NCBI GenBank assembly: GCA_049606355.1
Contig: JBMYVL010000001.1
Location: 1-32,000, forward strand
Direction of reading: 5' to 3'
Length of the DNA: 32,000 nt
DNA from: Opitutales bacterium
GTDB lineage: Bacteria > Verrucomicrobiota > Verrucomicrobiia > Opitutales > Coraliomargaritaceae
Program-made: the position numbers and the translations under genes
Part shown: positions 22,936 through 32,000 of the stretch, piece after piece
How positions within the stretch are numbered: the first letter of the stretch is position 1
Layout of the letters: each line of letters starts with the position of its first letter
Notes under the pieces: model-generated
Seen by the model: the letters and a program-made list of their open reading frames with translations, nothing else
Databases searched by the model: none
Told to the model about the DNA's origin: nothing

Positions 22936-22997
22936 GGGCCCTGTAAAAAGGCGCCACAGACCGCAGCCTTCCATCATCCAGGCGCTCGCTGCGTGTA

Positions 22998-23026
22998 TTG
23001 ACAGTGGATTATTCACTGAAAATAGT
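22998..23026 (+). promoter_or_regulatory. Candidate sigma70-type promoter for carB
   Basis: Perfect TTGACA (22998-23003), a 17-nt spacer, then AATAGT (23021-23026; 4 of 6 match to TATAAT). It lies about 85 nt upstream of the carB ATG. Pattern match only. Confidence 0.3.
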
Positions 23027-23109
23027 TCCAAAAATCGCTGCTCAAACTGGATCTCAGCAAGCGTTCGTGCTTGCATGCAGAGTTAAAAATTCCACCCTCT
23101 TCGCAATTT

Positions 23110-26100
23110 ATGCCAAAACGCACCGACATTCAGACTATCCTCATCATTGGCTCCGGCCCTATTGTTATCGGTCAAGCTTGCGAGTTCGACTACTCCGGAA
23201 CTCAGGCCTGTAAGGCACTTCGCGAAGAAGGCTACCGTGTCGTCCTGGTCAATAGCAATCCGGCGACGATTATGACGGATCCGGAATTTGCCGACGTCAC
23301 CTACATTGAGCCGCTAACCGTCGATGCACTCGAAAAAATTATTCTCAAGGAGCAGCCCGATGCACTCCTGCCAACCTTAGGGGGGCAAACCGGGCTGAAT
23401 TTATCGATGGAGCTCCATGAAGCGGGCTTGCTGGCAAAATATGGGGTCGAAATGATCGGCGCCAAACCTGAAGCCATCGTCAAAGGTGAGGCACGCGATA
23501 TCTTCAAGCAAGCGATGCTCAAGATCGGCCTCGATGTCGCTCGCTCCGCTACGGTCAACAATTTAGCTGATGCACTCAAGGCAGCCGACGAGCTCATTGG
23601 TGAATTTCCGATCATTATCCGCCCTAGCTTCACCTTAGGCGGCGCCGGTGGCGGCATTGCCTACAATCGTGAGGAATACGAAACAATGGTGCAGAGCGGA
23701 CTCGAAATGTCGCCGACCACCGAAGTCCTCGTTGAAGAATGCCTACTCGGTTGGAAAGAATATGAGATGGAAGTCATGCGCGACCACAAGGATCAGTGCG
23801 TGGTGATTTGCTCGATTGAAAATTTTGACCCGATGGGGGTCCACACCGGCGACTCGATTACCATCGCCCCAGCGATGACGCTGACGGACAAGGAGTACCA
23901 ACTGATGCGCGATGCGTCCTTTGCCTGTATCCGCGAAGTGGGTGTCGAAACCGGTGGCTCCAATATTCAATTCTCGGTGAATCCGGCCAACGGACGCATG
24001 GTCGTGATTGAAATGAATCCACGCGTGTCACGTAGTTCGGCCCTGGCCTCCAAAGCTACCGGCTTCCCAATCGCTAAAATTGCTGCGAAACTCGCGGTCG
24101 GTTACAGTTTGGATGAACTCCAAAACGACATCACTCGAGAAACTCCGGCGAGCTTTGAACCGACGATCGACTACGTCGTCACTAAAATCCCGCGCTTCAC
24201 TTTCGAAAAATTCCCCGGTGCCGATAACACCCTTACTTCCGCGATGAAGTCGGTTGGTGAGGCGATGGCGATAGGACGCACCTTCAAGGAGTCCTTCCAA
24301 AAAGCACTCCGCTCGCTTGAAATTGGTGCCATGGGCTTTAAGGGGCCGGCCAAAGCAGGATTAGCGGAGAAAGTTAGCGACCGACAGAAAATCCGCGAAG
24401 GGATCGCCATTCCTACGGCGGAGCGTGTCTTTTGGCTACGCCATGCGCTGCTCAACGGCATGAGCGTCGAGGAAATTCACGAAATCTGCGCCATCGACCC
24501 TTGGTTTTTGCAACAACTACGCGAGCTGGTCGATATAGAGCTCAAGCTCAGCGCGAGTAGCCTCAGTAAGATTGACCAAGCACTCATGCTTGAGGCGAAG
24601 GAGGCTGGCTTCAGTGATGCGCTGATTGCCGAGTTGATTGGATCGACGCGACAACCCGTGCGTAAAAAGCGCGAGAAGCTGGGTGTGTTGACGAACTATC
24701 GCTTGGTAGACACCTGTGCGGCCGAGTTCGAAGCCTTCACTCCTTACTTCTACTCATCGTACGGCGCAGAAAATGAGATCAAGCACACCGACAAAAAGAA
24801 GATCATGATTCTTGGCGGTGGCCCGAACCGCATCGGCCAAGGAATTGAATTCGACTACTGTTGCGTGCATGCGTCCTTCGCCCTGCGCGAAGCCGGCTAC
24901 GAGACGCTCATGGTCAATTCCAATCCGGAGACCGTTTCGACCGACTACGACACCTCCGACAAACTCTTCTTCGAACCACTCACCCTCGAAGATGTGCTGG
25001 AAATTTACTATCAAGAGAATTGCGACGGCGTGATTGTTCAATTCGGCGGCCAGACACCGCTGAATTTAGCCAGCGACTTGGAAGCACACGGCGTCACCAT
25101 TATCGGTACCGCACCTTCGATGATTGATGCCGCAGAAGACCGGGATCAATTCCGCAGTATTTTGGAGCGCACCGATCTCAAGCAGCCGCAAAACCGGATC
25201 GCGCATTCACAGGAACACGCCTACGAACTGGCGGGCGAGATCGGCTTTCCGATTCTTCTGCGGCCATCGTTCGTTCTCGGCGGCCGCGGAATGTTCATTG
25301 TCTACGACATGGACGAAATGAAGGGGATCATTCGTGAAGTATTTGATGCTGCGCCCGGCAAACCCGTCCTCCTCGACAAGTTCCTCGAAGATGCCTACGA
25401 ACTGGATGTGGACTGCATCGCCGACGGCGACACCTCAGTGATTGGCGGCATCCTTCAGCACGTCGAATTTGCCGGCGTCCATTCGGGTGATGCAGCGATG
25501 GTCATGCCACCGCACACACTCTCAGAGGCGATGCTGGATAAAGTTCGTACTGCAACGCATGCACTGGCTCGCGAGCTAAAGGTCGTCGGTCTAATGAACG
25601 TGCAGTATGCGATCAAAGACGACGAACTTTTCATCATTGAAGTTAACCCACGTGCATCACGAACTGTCCCGTTTGTCTCCAAGGCGATTGGTGTCCCGCT
25701 GGCGAAGCTGGCCGCCCGGGTGATGGCTGGCGAAAAGCTCAAGGAGCTTGGATTCACTAAAGAAATTATTCCACCCTACTGGGCCGTCAAAGAATCGGTA
25801 TTCCCCTTCGGGCGCTTCCCTGGCGCGCCGATCATGCTCAGTCCGGAAATGCGCTCGACTGGCGAAGTAATGGGCATCGATAAAGACCTCGGGGTCGCGT
25901 ATGCCAAATCACAAATGGCGGCCAAACCGAGCCTGCCCGACAGCGGCGATGTTTTCATCAGTGTTAAAAACAGCGATAAGACGCGGGCAGTGGAAATCGC
26001 CAAGGGTCTCAGTGCGCTTGGCTTTGGGATTATTGCAACTGCAGGTACCGGTGCGTTACTGAAAGAAAATGGTATCGCAGTGAAAAAAGTCTGCCGCCTC

Positions 26101-26352
26101 AGTGAGGGGCGCCCCAACGTAATCGACTTGATCAAAAATGATAAGGTCTCGCTGATTATCAATACCCCACAAGGTACGGTCCCCCGTCAGAATGAAAACC
26201 TGATCCGCAGTGAGGCGTTAAAACACAACATCTGCATCATGACCACAATTTCAGCGGCTGCCGCTGCAGTGGACGGCATCAAAGGCCTTCGCGAGAAAGG
26301 CTACGAAGTTCGCTCGATCCAGAGCTACAGCCAGGAGGCCAATCCGAGTTAA
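23110..26352 (+). CDS. carB: Carbamoyl-phosphate synthase large subunit
   Basis: ORF 23071..26352. The conserved start is [30 protein letters not shown] at ATG 23110. A second ATP-grasp half carries [18 protein letters not shown], and an MGS-like C-terminal domain is present. Confidence 0.96.
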   Translation: MPKRTDIQTILIIGSGPIVIGQACEFDYSGTQACKALREEGYRVVLVNSNPATIMTDPEFADVTYIEPLTVDALEKIILKEQPDALLPTLGGQTGLNLSMELHEAGLLAKYGVEMIGAKPEAIVKGEARDIFKQAMLKIGLDVARSATVNNLADALKAADELIGEFPIIIRPSFTLGGAGGGIAYNREEYETMVQSGLEMSPTTEVLVEECLLGWKEYEMEVMRDHKDQCVVICSIENFDPMGVHTGDSITIAPAMTLTDKEYQLMRDASFACIREVGVETGGSNIQFSVNPANGRMVVIEMNPRVSRSSALASKATGFPIAKIAAKLAVGYSLDELQNDITRETPASFEPTIDYVVTKIPRFTFEKFPGADNTLTSAMKSVGEAMAIGRTFKESFQKALRSLEIGAMGFKGPAKAGLAEKVSDRQKIREGIAIPTAERVFWLRHALLNGMSVEEIHEICAIDPWFLQQLRELVDIELKLSASSLSKIDQALMLEAKEAGFSDALIAELIGSTRQPVRKKREKLGVLTNYRLVDTCAAEFEAFTPYFYSSYGAENEIKHTDKKKIMILGGGPNRIGQGIEFDYCCVHASFALREAGYETLMVNSNPETVSTDYDTSDKLFFEPLTLEDVLEIYYQENCDGVIVQFGGQTPLNLASDLEAHGVTIIGTAPSMIDAAEDRDQFRSILERTDLKQPQNRIAHSQEHAYELAGEIGFPILLRPSFVLGGRGMFIVYDMDEMKGIIREVFDAAPGKPVLLDKFLEDAYELDVDCIADGDTSVIGGILQHVEFAGVHSGDAAMVMPPHTLSEAMLDKVRTATHALARELKVVGLMNVQYAIKDDELFIIEVNPRASRTVPFVSKAIGVPLAKLAARVMAGEKLKELGFTKEIIPPYWAVKESVFPFGRFPGAPIMLSPEMRSTGEVMGIDKDLGVAYAKSQMAAKPSLPDSGDVFISVKNSDKTRAVEIAKGLSALGFGIIATAGTGALLKENGIAVKKVCRLSEGRPNVIDLIKNDKVSLIINTPQGTVPRQNENLIRSEALKHNICIMTTISAAAAAVDGIKGLREKGYEVRSIQSYSQEANPS

Positions 26353-26414
26353 CCCTAGCTCCTATTAAACCCCACCGGCAAGGCCGACGCTCCTGCAGCG
26401 ACGCTGGCACCGCC

Positions 26415-27266
26415 ATGAAGCCCACCACGATTATCGCACTTTTATCCGGACCGGACCAACCGGGGCTCGTCTCACGAGTTTCCAGTTGGATCTTCCTGCG
26501 CGGTAGTAACATTCATCACGCCGATCAGCATAAGGATCTGGAGGCGAATATTTTCTTCCAGCGCGTCGAGTGGTGCCCTTCCGGAGAAATTGAGGAAGAA
26601 TCCGCGGCCTTCAAAAAATTTGCCAGCGAGGAGCTGGGGATGGAAGTCAAAGTTGCACGATCGTCCGACCTTCCCAAGGTTGCCCTCTTCGTCTCCAAGA
26701 TCGACCACTGCTTCCATGATACCATCTTACGCTTCCGCGCGGGAGAAATGTCTGGCGAGCTCACCTGTATCGTCTCCAACCATGCCGCGCTCGAGGAGGA
26801 TGCCAAGACCTACGGCATTCCCTTCTTTCACATTCCGGTTACCAAGGAAACCAAACCCGAGGCAGAAACCAAGCAGATCGAAATCGTCCGGAAGCATGGC
26901 TGCGAACTCGTGGTGATGGCGCGTTACATGCAGGTGCTGTCTGACAACTTCCTGGAGCAAGTCGGCTGCCCGGTGATCAATATTCACCATTCTTTCCTTC
27001 CGGCATTCGCAGGCGGCAAGCCCTACCATCAAGCCCACACCCGAGGGGTGAAATTAATTGGCGCGACCGCGCACTACGCGACCGCTGATTTGGATGAAGG
27101 ACCGATCATTCATCAGGACGTCACGCGCATCAATCACCGCAACTCCGTAGGAGATCTCGTGCGCAAAGGGCGAGACCTGGAAAAATCAGTTTTTGCGCAG
27201 GCCATCCGTCTGCATTTGGACAATCGTATCCTTGTTTACAATAACAAGACGGTCGTCTTTGATTAA
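26415..27266 (+). CDS. purU: Formyltetrahydrofolate deformylase
   Basis: 283 aa. N-terminal ACT domain (LLSGPDQPGLVSRVSSWI) plus a formyltransferase domain with NIHHSFLPAFAGGKPYHQA and GATAHY. Confidence 0.92.
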   Translation: MKPTTIIALLSGPDQPGLVSRVSSWIFLRGSNIHHADQHKDLEANIFFQRVEWCPSGEIEEESAAFKKFASEELGMEVKVARSSDLPKVALFVSKIDHCFHDTILRFRAGEMSGELTCIVSNHAALEEDAKTYGIPFFHIPVTKETKPEAETKQIEIVRKHGCELVVMARYMQVLSDNFLEQVGCPVINIHHSFLPAFAGGKPYHQAHTRGVKLIGATAHYATADLDEGPIIHQDVTRINHRNSVGDLVRKGRDLEKSVFAQAIRLHLDNRILVYNNKTVVFD

Positions 27267-27305
27267 CCCCACGAAACGAACCCACCGCCGAATCGAGATT
27301 TTACC

Positions 27306-27995
27306 ATGAAACGCCCACAACACAAAAAGAACAAAAGTAATCCACTATCCGAGGAAACTCCGATCGTTGATGAGCGCAACCTTGTCGATGCCGACGCGTC
27401 TGCTGAGATGTCCATCGAGGACCGTACCGTCATGTACTGGATGGAGAATAAATCTTTTGTGATTGGCTGCATCATCTTTCTGGCAGGCTTTATCACCCTG
27501 ATTAATGGGTTTCGCATCTACCAAAATTACGCGAGCGATCAATTGCAGGCCGACTATAGCGCCGCGCTCGCTGCTGAGAGCCTGGATGCCTTTGCCGGTG
27601 CCCATGCGGATCACGCTATTGGCGGCTTCGCAGCACTGTCCGTCGCCGACGTGGCCTTTAACGCCAAGGACTTTGAGCGTGCCAGCGAGTTCTACGAATT
27701 GGCCACTCAAGCACTCAAGGGCAACATCCTCGCAGGGCGCGCCCACTTGGGGCATGCCTTTGCACTCGCAGAATCCACCCAGGAAGCTGACGCCTTGGCT
27801 GAACTCGGCAGCATCGCAGCCAATAACGAGTACTCCCAAAGCATTCGTGCAGAAGCCGCATATCACTTAGCTGTGCATGCGTTTAGTAACGAGCAAGTCG
27901 AAGCATTTGATAGCTATGTCGCACAAGTAAACGGCTTCGAGCAGGCGACTCAGTGGAATCGACGCCTACAGTATTACGTAGAACAGGCGCGCTAA
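27306..27995 (+). CDS. Membrane-anchored TPR-like protein (YfgM-like architecture), function unknown
   Basis: 229 aa. Charged N-terminus, one TM helix (FVIGCIIFLAGFITLINGF), then an Ala-rich helical-repeat region. The assignment rests on architecture only. Confidence 0.5.
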   Translation: MKRPQHKKNKSNPLSEETPIVDERNLVDADASAEMSIEDRTVMYWMENKSFVIGCIIFLAGFITLINGFRIYQNYASDQLQADYSAALAAESLDAFAGAHADHAIGGFAALSVADVAFNAKDFERASEFYELATQALKGNILAGRAHLGHAFALAESTQEADALAELGSIAANNEYSQSIRAEAAYHLAVHAFSNEQVEAFDSYVAQVNGFEQATQWNRRLQYYVEQAR

Positions 27996-28167
27996 CCCAC
28001 CATCCTTCCATCTGCCCAAGCATTGCACCTGCTGCTGACGGAGCGGACCCCTCTCCAGCGCAGAATCATTGACAGGTGGCGCTAAGCTCACACAAGTGGG
28101 CGTGCTTGCAGACAATTGGCGGACACTTTGATACCACCACGCAAAGCATACAATCACTCTTAATTAG

Positions 28168-29466
<1,299 letters not shown>

Positions 29467-29496
29467 TCACTCGACTCAGTCCGCAGCTTGACTCTC

Positions 29497-29528
29497 AACC
29501 CGGCGGGAAACCGCCGGGTTTTTCTTTT
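29497..29528 (+). terminator. Rho-independent terminator after eno
   Basis: Perfect 10-bp stem AACCCGGCGG (29497-29506) / CCGCCGGGTT (29511-29520) with a GAAA tetraloop, then TTTTTCTTTT. Confidence 0.88.
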
Positions 29529-29639
29529 CATTCTACATACGAGACCCTACGCGTCGTTACACAGCTGTACCCTTCAAGCAGCACTAAAAAATTCTGAGAT
29601 TTGACAACGCGCAGCGCCAGCTCAGGTTTAGCTATCGAT

Positions 29640-30062
29640 ATGACCTTAGACGAAAAACAATCGGCCCTTGTTGAAGAAATCACTCTGATACCGGATGCGT
29701 ATGAGCGCCTTGGGCACATTGTTGAACTGGGCAAGCATGCAGCGGGCTTAAGTGAAGAACTGCGAATTGATAGCTTCAAAATCGAAGGCTGCATGTCGCA
29801 ACTATGGGTGGTCCCGGAATATAAGGACGGCTTGTGCTACTTCCGTTCCGAGTCGGATTCGGCTATCGTAAAGGGGATCGCCAGCCTGCTCTGCAATTTC
29901 TACAGTGAAGCCGAGCCAGCCGCAATTGTCGCCAACGACGCAAGCTTCCTCGGAGAGGTCGGCATCACACAGCACCTGTCGCCCAACCGCCGCAATGGCC
30001 TCAGTCGAATTGTTGAATCGATTCAACATTTTGCACAATCCTGCCTCTCACAGAAGTCTTAA
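29640..30062 (+). CDS. sufE: SufE-like cysteine desulfuration (sulfur acceptor) protein
   Basis: ORF 29601..30062 (track start TTG). ATG 29640 gives a 140-aa protein of typical SufE size. Active-site motif KIEGCMSQLWV and SPNRRNGL are present. Confidence 0.85.
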   Translation: MTLDEKQSALVEEITLIPDAYERLGHIVELGKHAAGLSEELRIDSFKIEGCMSQLWVVPEYKDGLCYFRSESDSAIVKGIASLLCNFYSEAEPAAIVANDASFLGEVGITQHLSPNRRNGLSRIVESIQHFAQSCLSQKS

Positions 30063-30097
30063 GGATTTGCAAGGGACGTGAACCACTGACTGTAGCC

Positions 30098-30928
30098 ATG
30101 GCTGGCTGTACCAATGCCCCATTAGCAATGACGCACGATCCAGCGGTCCGACTGTACGATGCACACGTCCATTTAGCCGCTGAGACATTACAGGAGGAGC
30201 GAAGTGCCATCCTACAAAGCTATGCGGCCATCGGTCTGGCTAAAGCGGTTGTAGTCGGCACCGCACCTCAAGACTGGCCTGCTGTGCTCACCTTGTGCCG
30301 TGACGAGCCGCGATTCCTGCCCGCGATCGGCTTACACCCGTGGAAGATCACCCGCGCGCCAAACGATTGGCAGCACCGCTTCCTGCAAGCACTCGATCAA
30401 GGTGCAGCAGTCATTGGCGAAATCGGGCTGGACCGCAGTCGCCAAGCACCTGCGTTTGAGCTCCAAACGGAGGCCTTTCGATTCCAGATGGCCGTAGCGA
30501 CACAGCGGAATCTACCCGTATCGATTCATTGCGTTCGAGCAATTGGAGCACTGATGGAGATCTTACGAACGGTAGAACTCCCCACTCGGGGCTTTCACCT
30601 GCATGCGTATCAAGGACCGATTGAACTCATTGGTGAACTAATGGATCGTGGTGCGTACTTTTCATTCCATTCGGGACAATTACGCCCAAAAGCAAAATGT
30701 ATTTCAGCAGTACTACGCGCAGTTTCCGCGGATCGCTTACTCATCGAAACCGATGCTCCTGCGGGCCTGCCAACTGCAGAGTGGCGCGAGTTTAGTCTGG
30801 CAGATGGGAACCTCTGCCATCCGGGCAATCTACGCAGTGGCTACAAAGCGATTGCGCAACTCCGTGGGCTTTCGTATGGTGCACTGCGCGAGCAGATCGA
30901 AGCCAATTTCTTACGCTACTTTAATTGA
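30098..30928 (+). CDS. TatD-family metal-dependent hydrolase
   Basis: 276 aa. Carries YDAHVHL, GEIGLD, SIHCVRA and IETDAP, the TatD metal-ligand motifs. Confidence 0.85.
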   Translation: MAGCTNAPLAMTHDPAVRLYDAHVHLAAETLQEERSAILQSYAAIGLAKAVVVGTAPQDWPAVLTLCRDEPRFLPAIGLHPWKITRAPNDWQHRFLQALDQGAAVIGEIGLDRSRQAPAFELQTEAFRFQMAVATQRNLPVSIHCVRAIGALMEILRTVELPTRGFHLHAYQGPIELIGELMDRGAYFSFHSGQLRPKAKCISAVLRAVSADRLLIETDAPAGLPTAEWREFSLADGNLCHPGNLRSGYKAIAQLRGLSYGALREQIEANFLRYFN

Positions 30929-31365
30929 ATCCGTTACAGCCAACCCCAAAGGTCACGAAGGGTGACTTGCTGCGCCGCGGCTTGTCCTGCCACTGCCCCA
31001 ATTGTGGCCAGGCGAAGCTGTTTCAACGCCCCCTGCGTATTCATCGAGTCTGCCCCGCGTGCGGAATGACACTGGAACGCGGTGATGGCTACTTTTTGGG
31101 ACCACTGTGCATCAACTATGGGCTCGTCGCTATCGGCTGCGTCGCACCCCTGTTGATGGCAGGATTTCTCGGCTGGGTCCACCTGCCCATTGCACTTGGG
31201 GGAAGTCTCATTGCATCCTTGAGCTTACCTATCTTACTCTACCGCATCAGTTGGAGTGGCTGGCTAATGCTCTACTACCTGTGCCTGCCCGATGAGTTGC
31301 ATGCGAACCGCTCGGAAGACTGCGACGACCTGTCGTTCGAAGAAGAATCGCGAGTGCGCGAATGA
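30925..31365 (+). CDS. DUF983 family membrane protein (zinc-ribbon plus 2 TM)
   Basis: Contains CPNCGQAKLF...CPACG followed by two hydrophobic helices. There is no ATG upstream of the zinc ribbon. In-frame starts are TTG 30925 (overlapping the tatD-family stop as TTGA) or TTG 30964. Confidence 0.65.
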   Translation: MNPLQPTPKVTKGDLLRRGLSCHCPNCGQAKLFQRPLRIHRVCPACGMTLERGDGYFLGPLCINYGLVAIGCVAPLLMAGFLGWVHLPIALGGSLIASLSLPILLYRISWSGWLMLYYLCLPDELHANRSEDCDDLSFEEESRVRE

Positions 31366-31368
31366 GTA

Positions 31369-32000
31369 CTACTGCTCAATCGCTGCGCGACGGTACTGAG
31401 TATAGGCATTTTTAAGCGCACCATAGGGGTCCAGTGCCGTGCCCTTCATTTGTACATAGCGATCACTAATCTCAGGGCTGTCGACGACCGCTTTGCCAGC
31501 GGAGTACGCGGTACGCCATTCCCACTCATCTAAAACCGTCCACGGCTCAACGAAGGGGTTCACGGCGCGGTCACCTAGGGTACCGATTAAATCACGGACA
31601 TTTGTCGGCCCAAAAATCGGCAAGACTAAATATGCCCCTTCATTTATGCCCCACGCACCGAGGGCTTGACCGACATCTTCTCCCGGCACGGCGGCAAGGC
31701 CTTCAATGGCATTCGCAGGTGTAAGCACACCGCCAATTCCCAAGGTCGTATTAATCGCGAAACGACCGGTTTCGACCCATGCTTCAGCAAACTTCGCTTG
31801 CAACACGTTGCCAACAAAACGAACCGGATACTTAAGGTTATGAAAGAAATTTTCCGCGCCGTCCTCGATCGGATCCGGAGTCAGTGCCGTATAGCCGGTG
31901 GCAATCGGATCCATCACATACAGGAAGAATAGATCATTGAACTCGAAGATCGCACGATTGATCACTTCCAGTGGATCCGAATTCACCGCAGCCTGCTCTT
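31369..32000 (-). CDS. mlaA: MlaA/VacJ-family lipoprotein, C-terminal part (gene continues past the right edge)
   Basis: DPLEVINRAIFEFNDLFFLYVMDPIATGY...NFFHNLKYPVRFVGNVLQ...RFAINTTLGIGGV...YLVLPIFGPTNVRD matches the MlaA domain. The frame stays open to base 32000. The GTG at 31986 is probably internal, because the signal peptide and lipobox are missing. Confidence 0.85.
   Translation of the reverse strand, partial: EQAAVNSDPLEVINRAIFEFNDLFFLYVMDPIATGYTALTPDPIEDGAENFFHNLKYPVRFVGNVLQAKFAEAWVETGRFAINTTLGIGGVLTPANAIEGLAAVPGEDVGQALGAWGINEGAYLVLPIFGPTNVRDLIGTLGDRAVNPFVEPWTVLDEWEWRTAYSAGKAVVDSPEISDRYVQMKGTALDPYGALKNAYTQYRRAAIEQ

Noticed and set aside
23057-23074. Perfect hairpin GCAAGC-gttcgt-GCTTGC followed by the GCATGC palindrome in the carB leader.
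   Set aside because: The stem is only 6 bp, there is no T-tract, and I recognise no match to a known pyrimidine or arginine operator. It is too weak to call regulatory.
23110-26352. Biosynthetic genes stand alone: carB without carA, argG without argH, trpC without other trp genes, sufE without sufS/sufBCD.
   Set aside because: Dispersed pathway genes are common in many non-proteobacterial lineages. Absence from a 32-kb window says nothing about absence from the genome.
26353-26414. Looked for ZTP, THF or other one-carbon riboswitches upstream of purU (26353-26414) and glyA (7653-7696).
   Set aside because: The spacers are only 62 and 44 nt and contain none of the conserved cores I know for these classes.
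28128-28154. TTGATA ... TACAAT promoter-like pair upstream of eno.
   Set aside because: The spacer is only 15 nt, outside the usual 16-18 nt, so I did not list it as a feature.

Overview
This is a gene-dense chromosomal stretch (about 90% coding, both strands) made up almost entirely of core housekeeping genes. I call 29 CDSs. Confident calls are: gspF-like platform protein, argG, a hotdog thioesterase, surE, glyA, a CBS/DRTGG family II pyrophosphatase, the sdhCAB operon (b558 type), pyrG, trpC, rsmA, a DAACS symporter, a RidA-family protein, rlmN, carB, purU, eno, sufE, a TatD-family hydrolase, a DUF983 protein and a partial mlaA. Less certain calls are a porin-like beta-barrel, a prepilin-type protein, a DUF5069 protein, a membrane-anchored TPR-like protein, an orphan 503-aa secreted repeat protein, a 43-aa lipoprotein ORF missing from the ORF track, and an edge-truncated secreted protein at bases 1-472. 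I found no rRNA, tRNA, CRISPR array, transposase or integrase, and no multi-gene cluster that looks like a defence or other accessory system. Several traits suggest a PVC-group (Verrucomicrobiota-like) genome, but this is a low-confidence inference: the prepilin-type protein with a DGHV tail, the b558-type sdhCAB operon, mostly Shine-Dalgarno-less starts and scattered biosynthetic genes. The points worth a second look are modest. They are the orphan repeat protein with three W-x-W-P-F motifs, one forming its C-terminus; terminator-like hairpins directly abutting the pyrG and trpC start codons; the tiny acidic lipoprotein gene with its own terminator; and a sharp GC step near base 715 followed by a codon-periodic block upstream of gspF. 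I do not see convincing evidence for a new biological system in this window.
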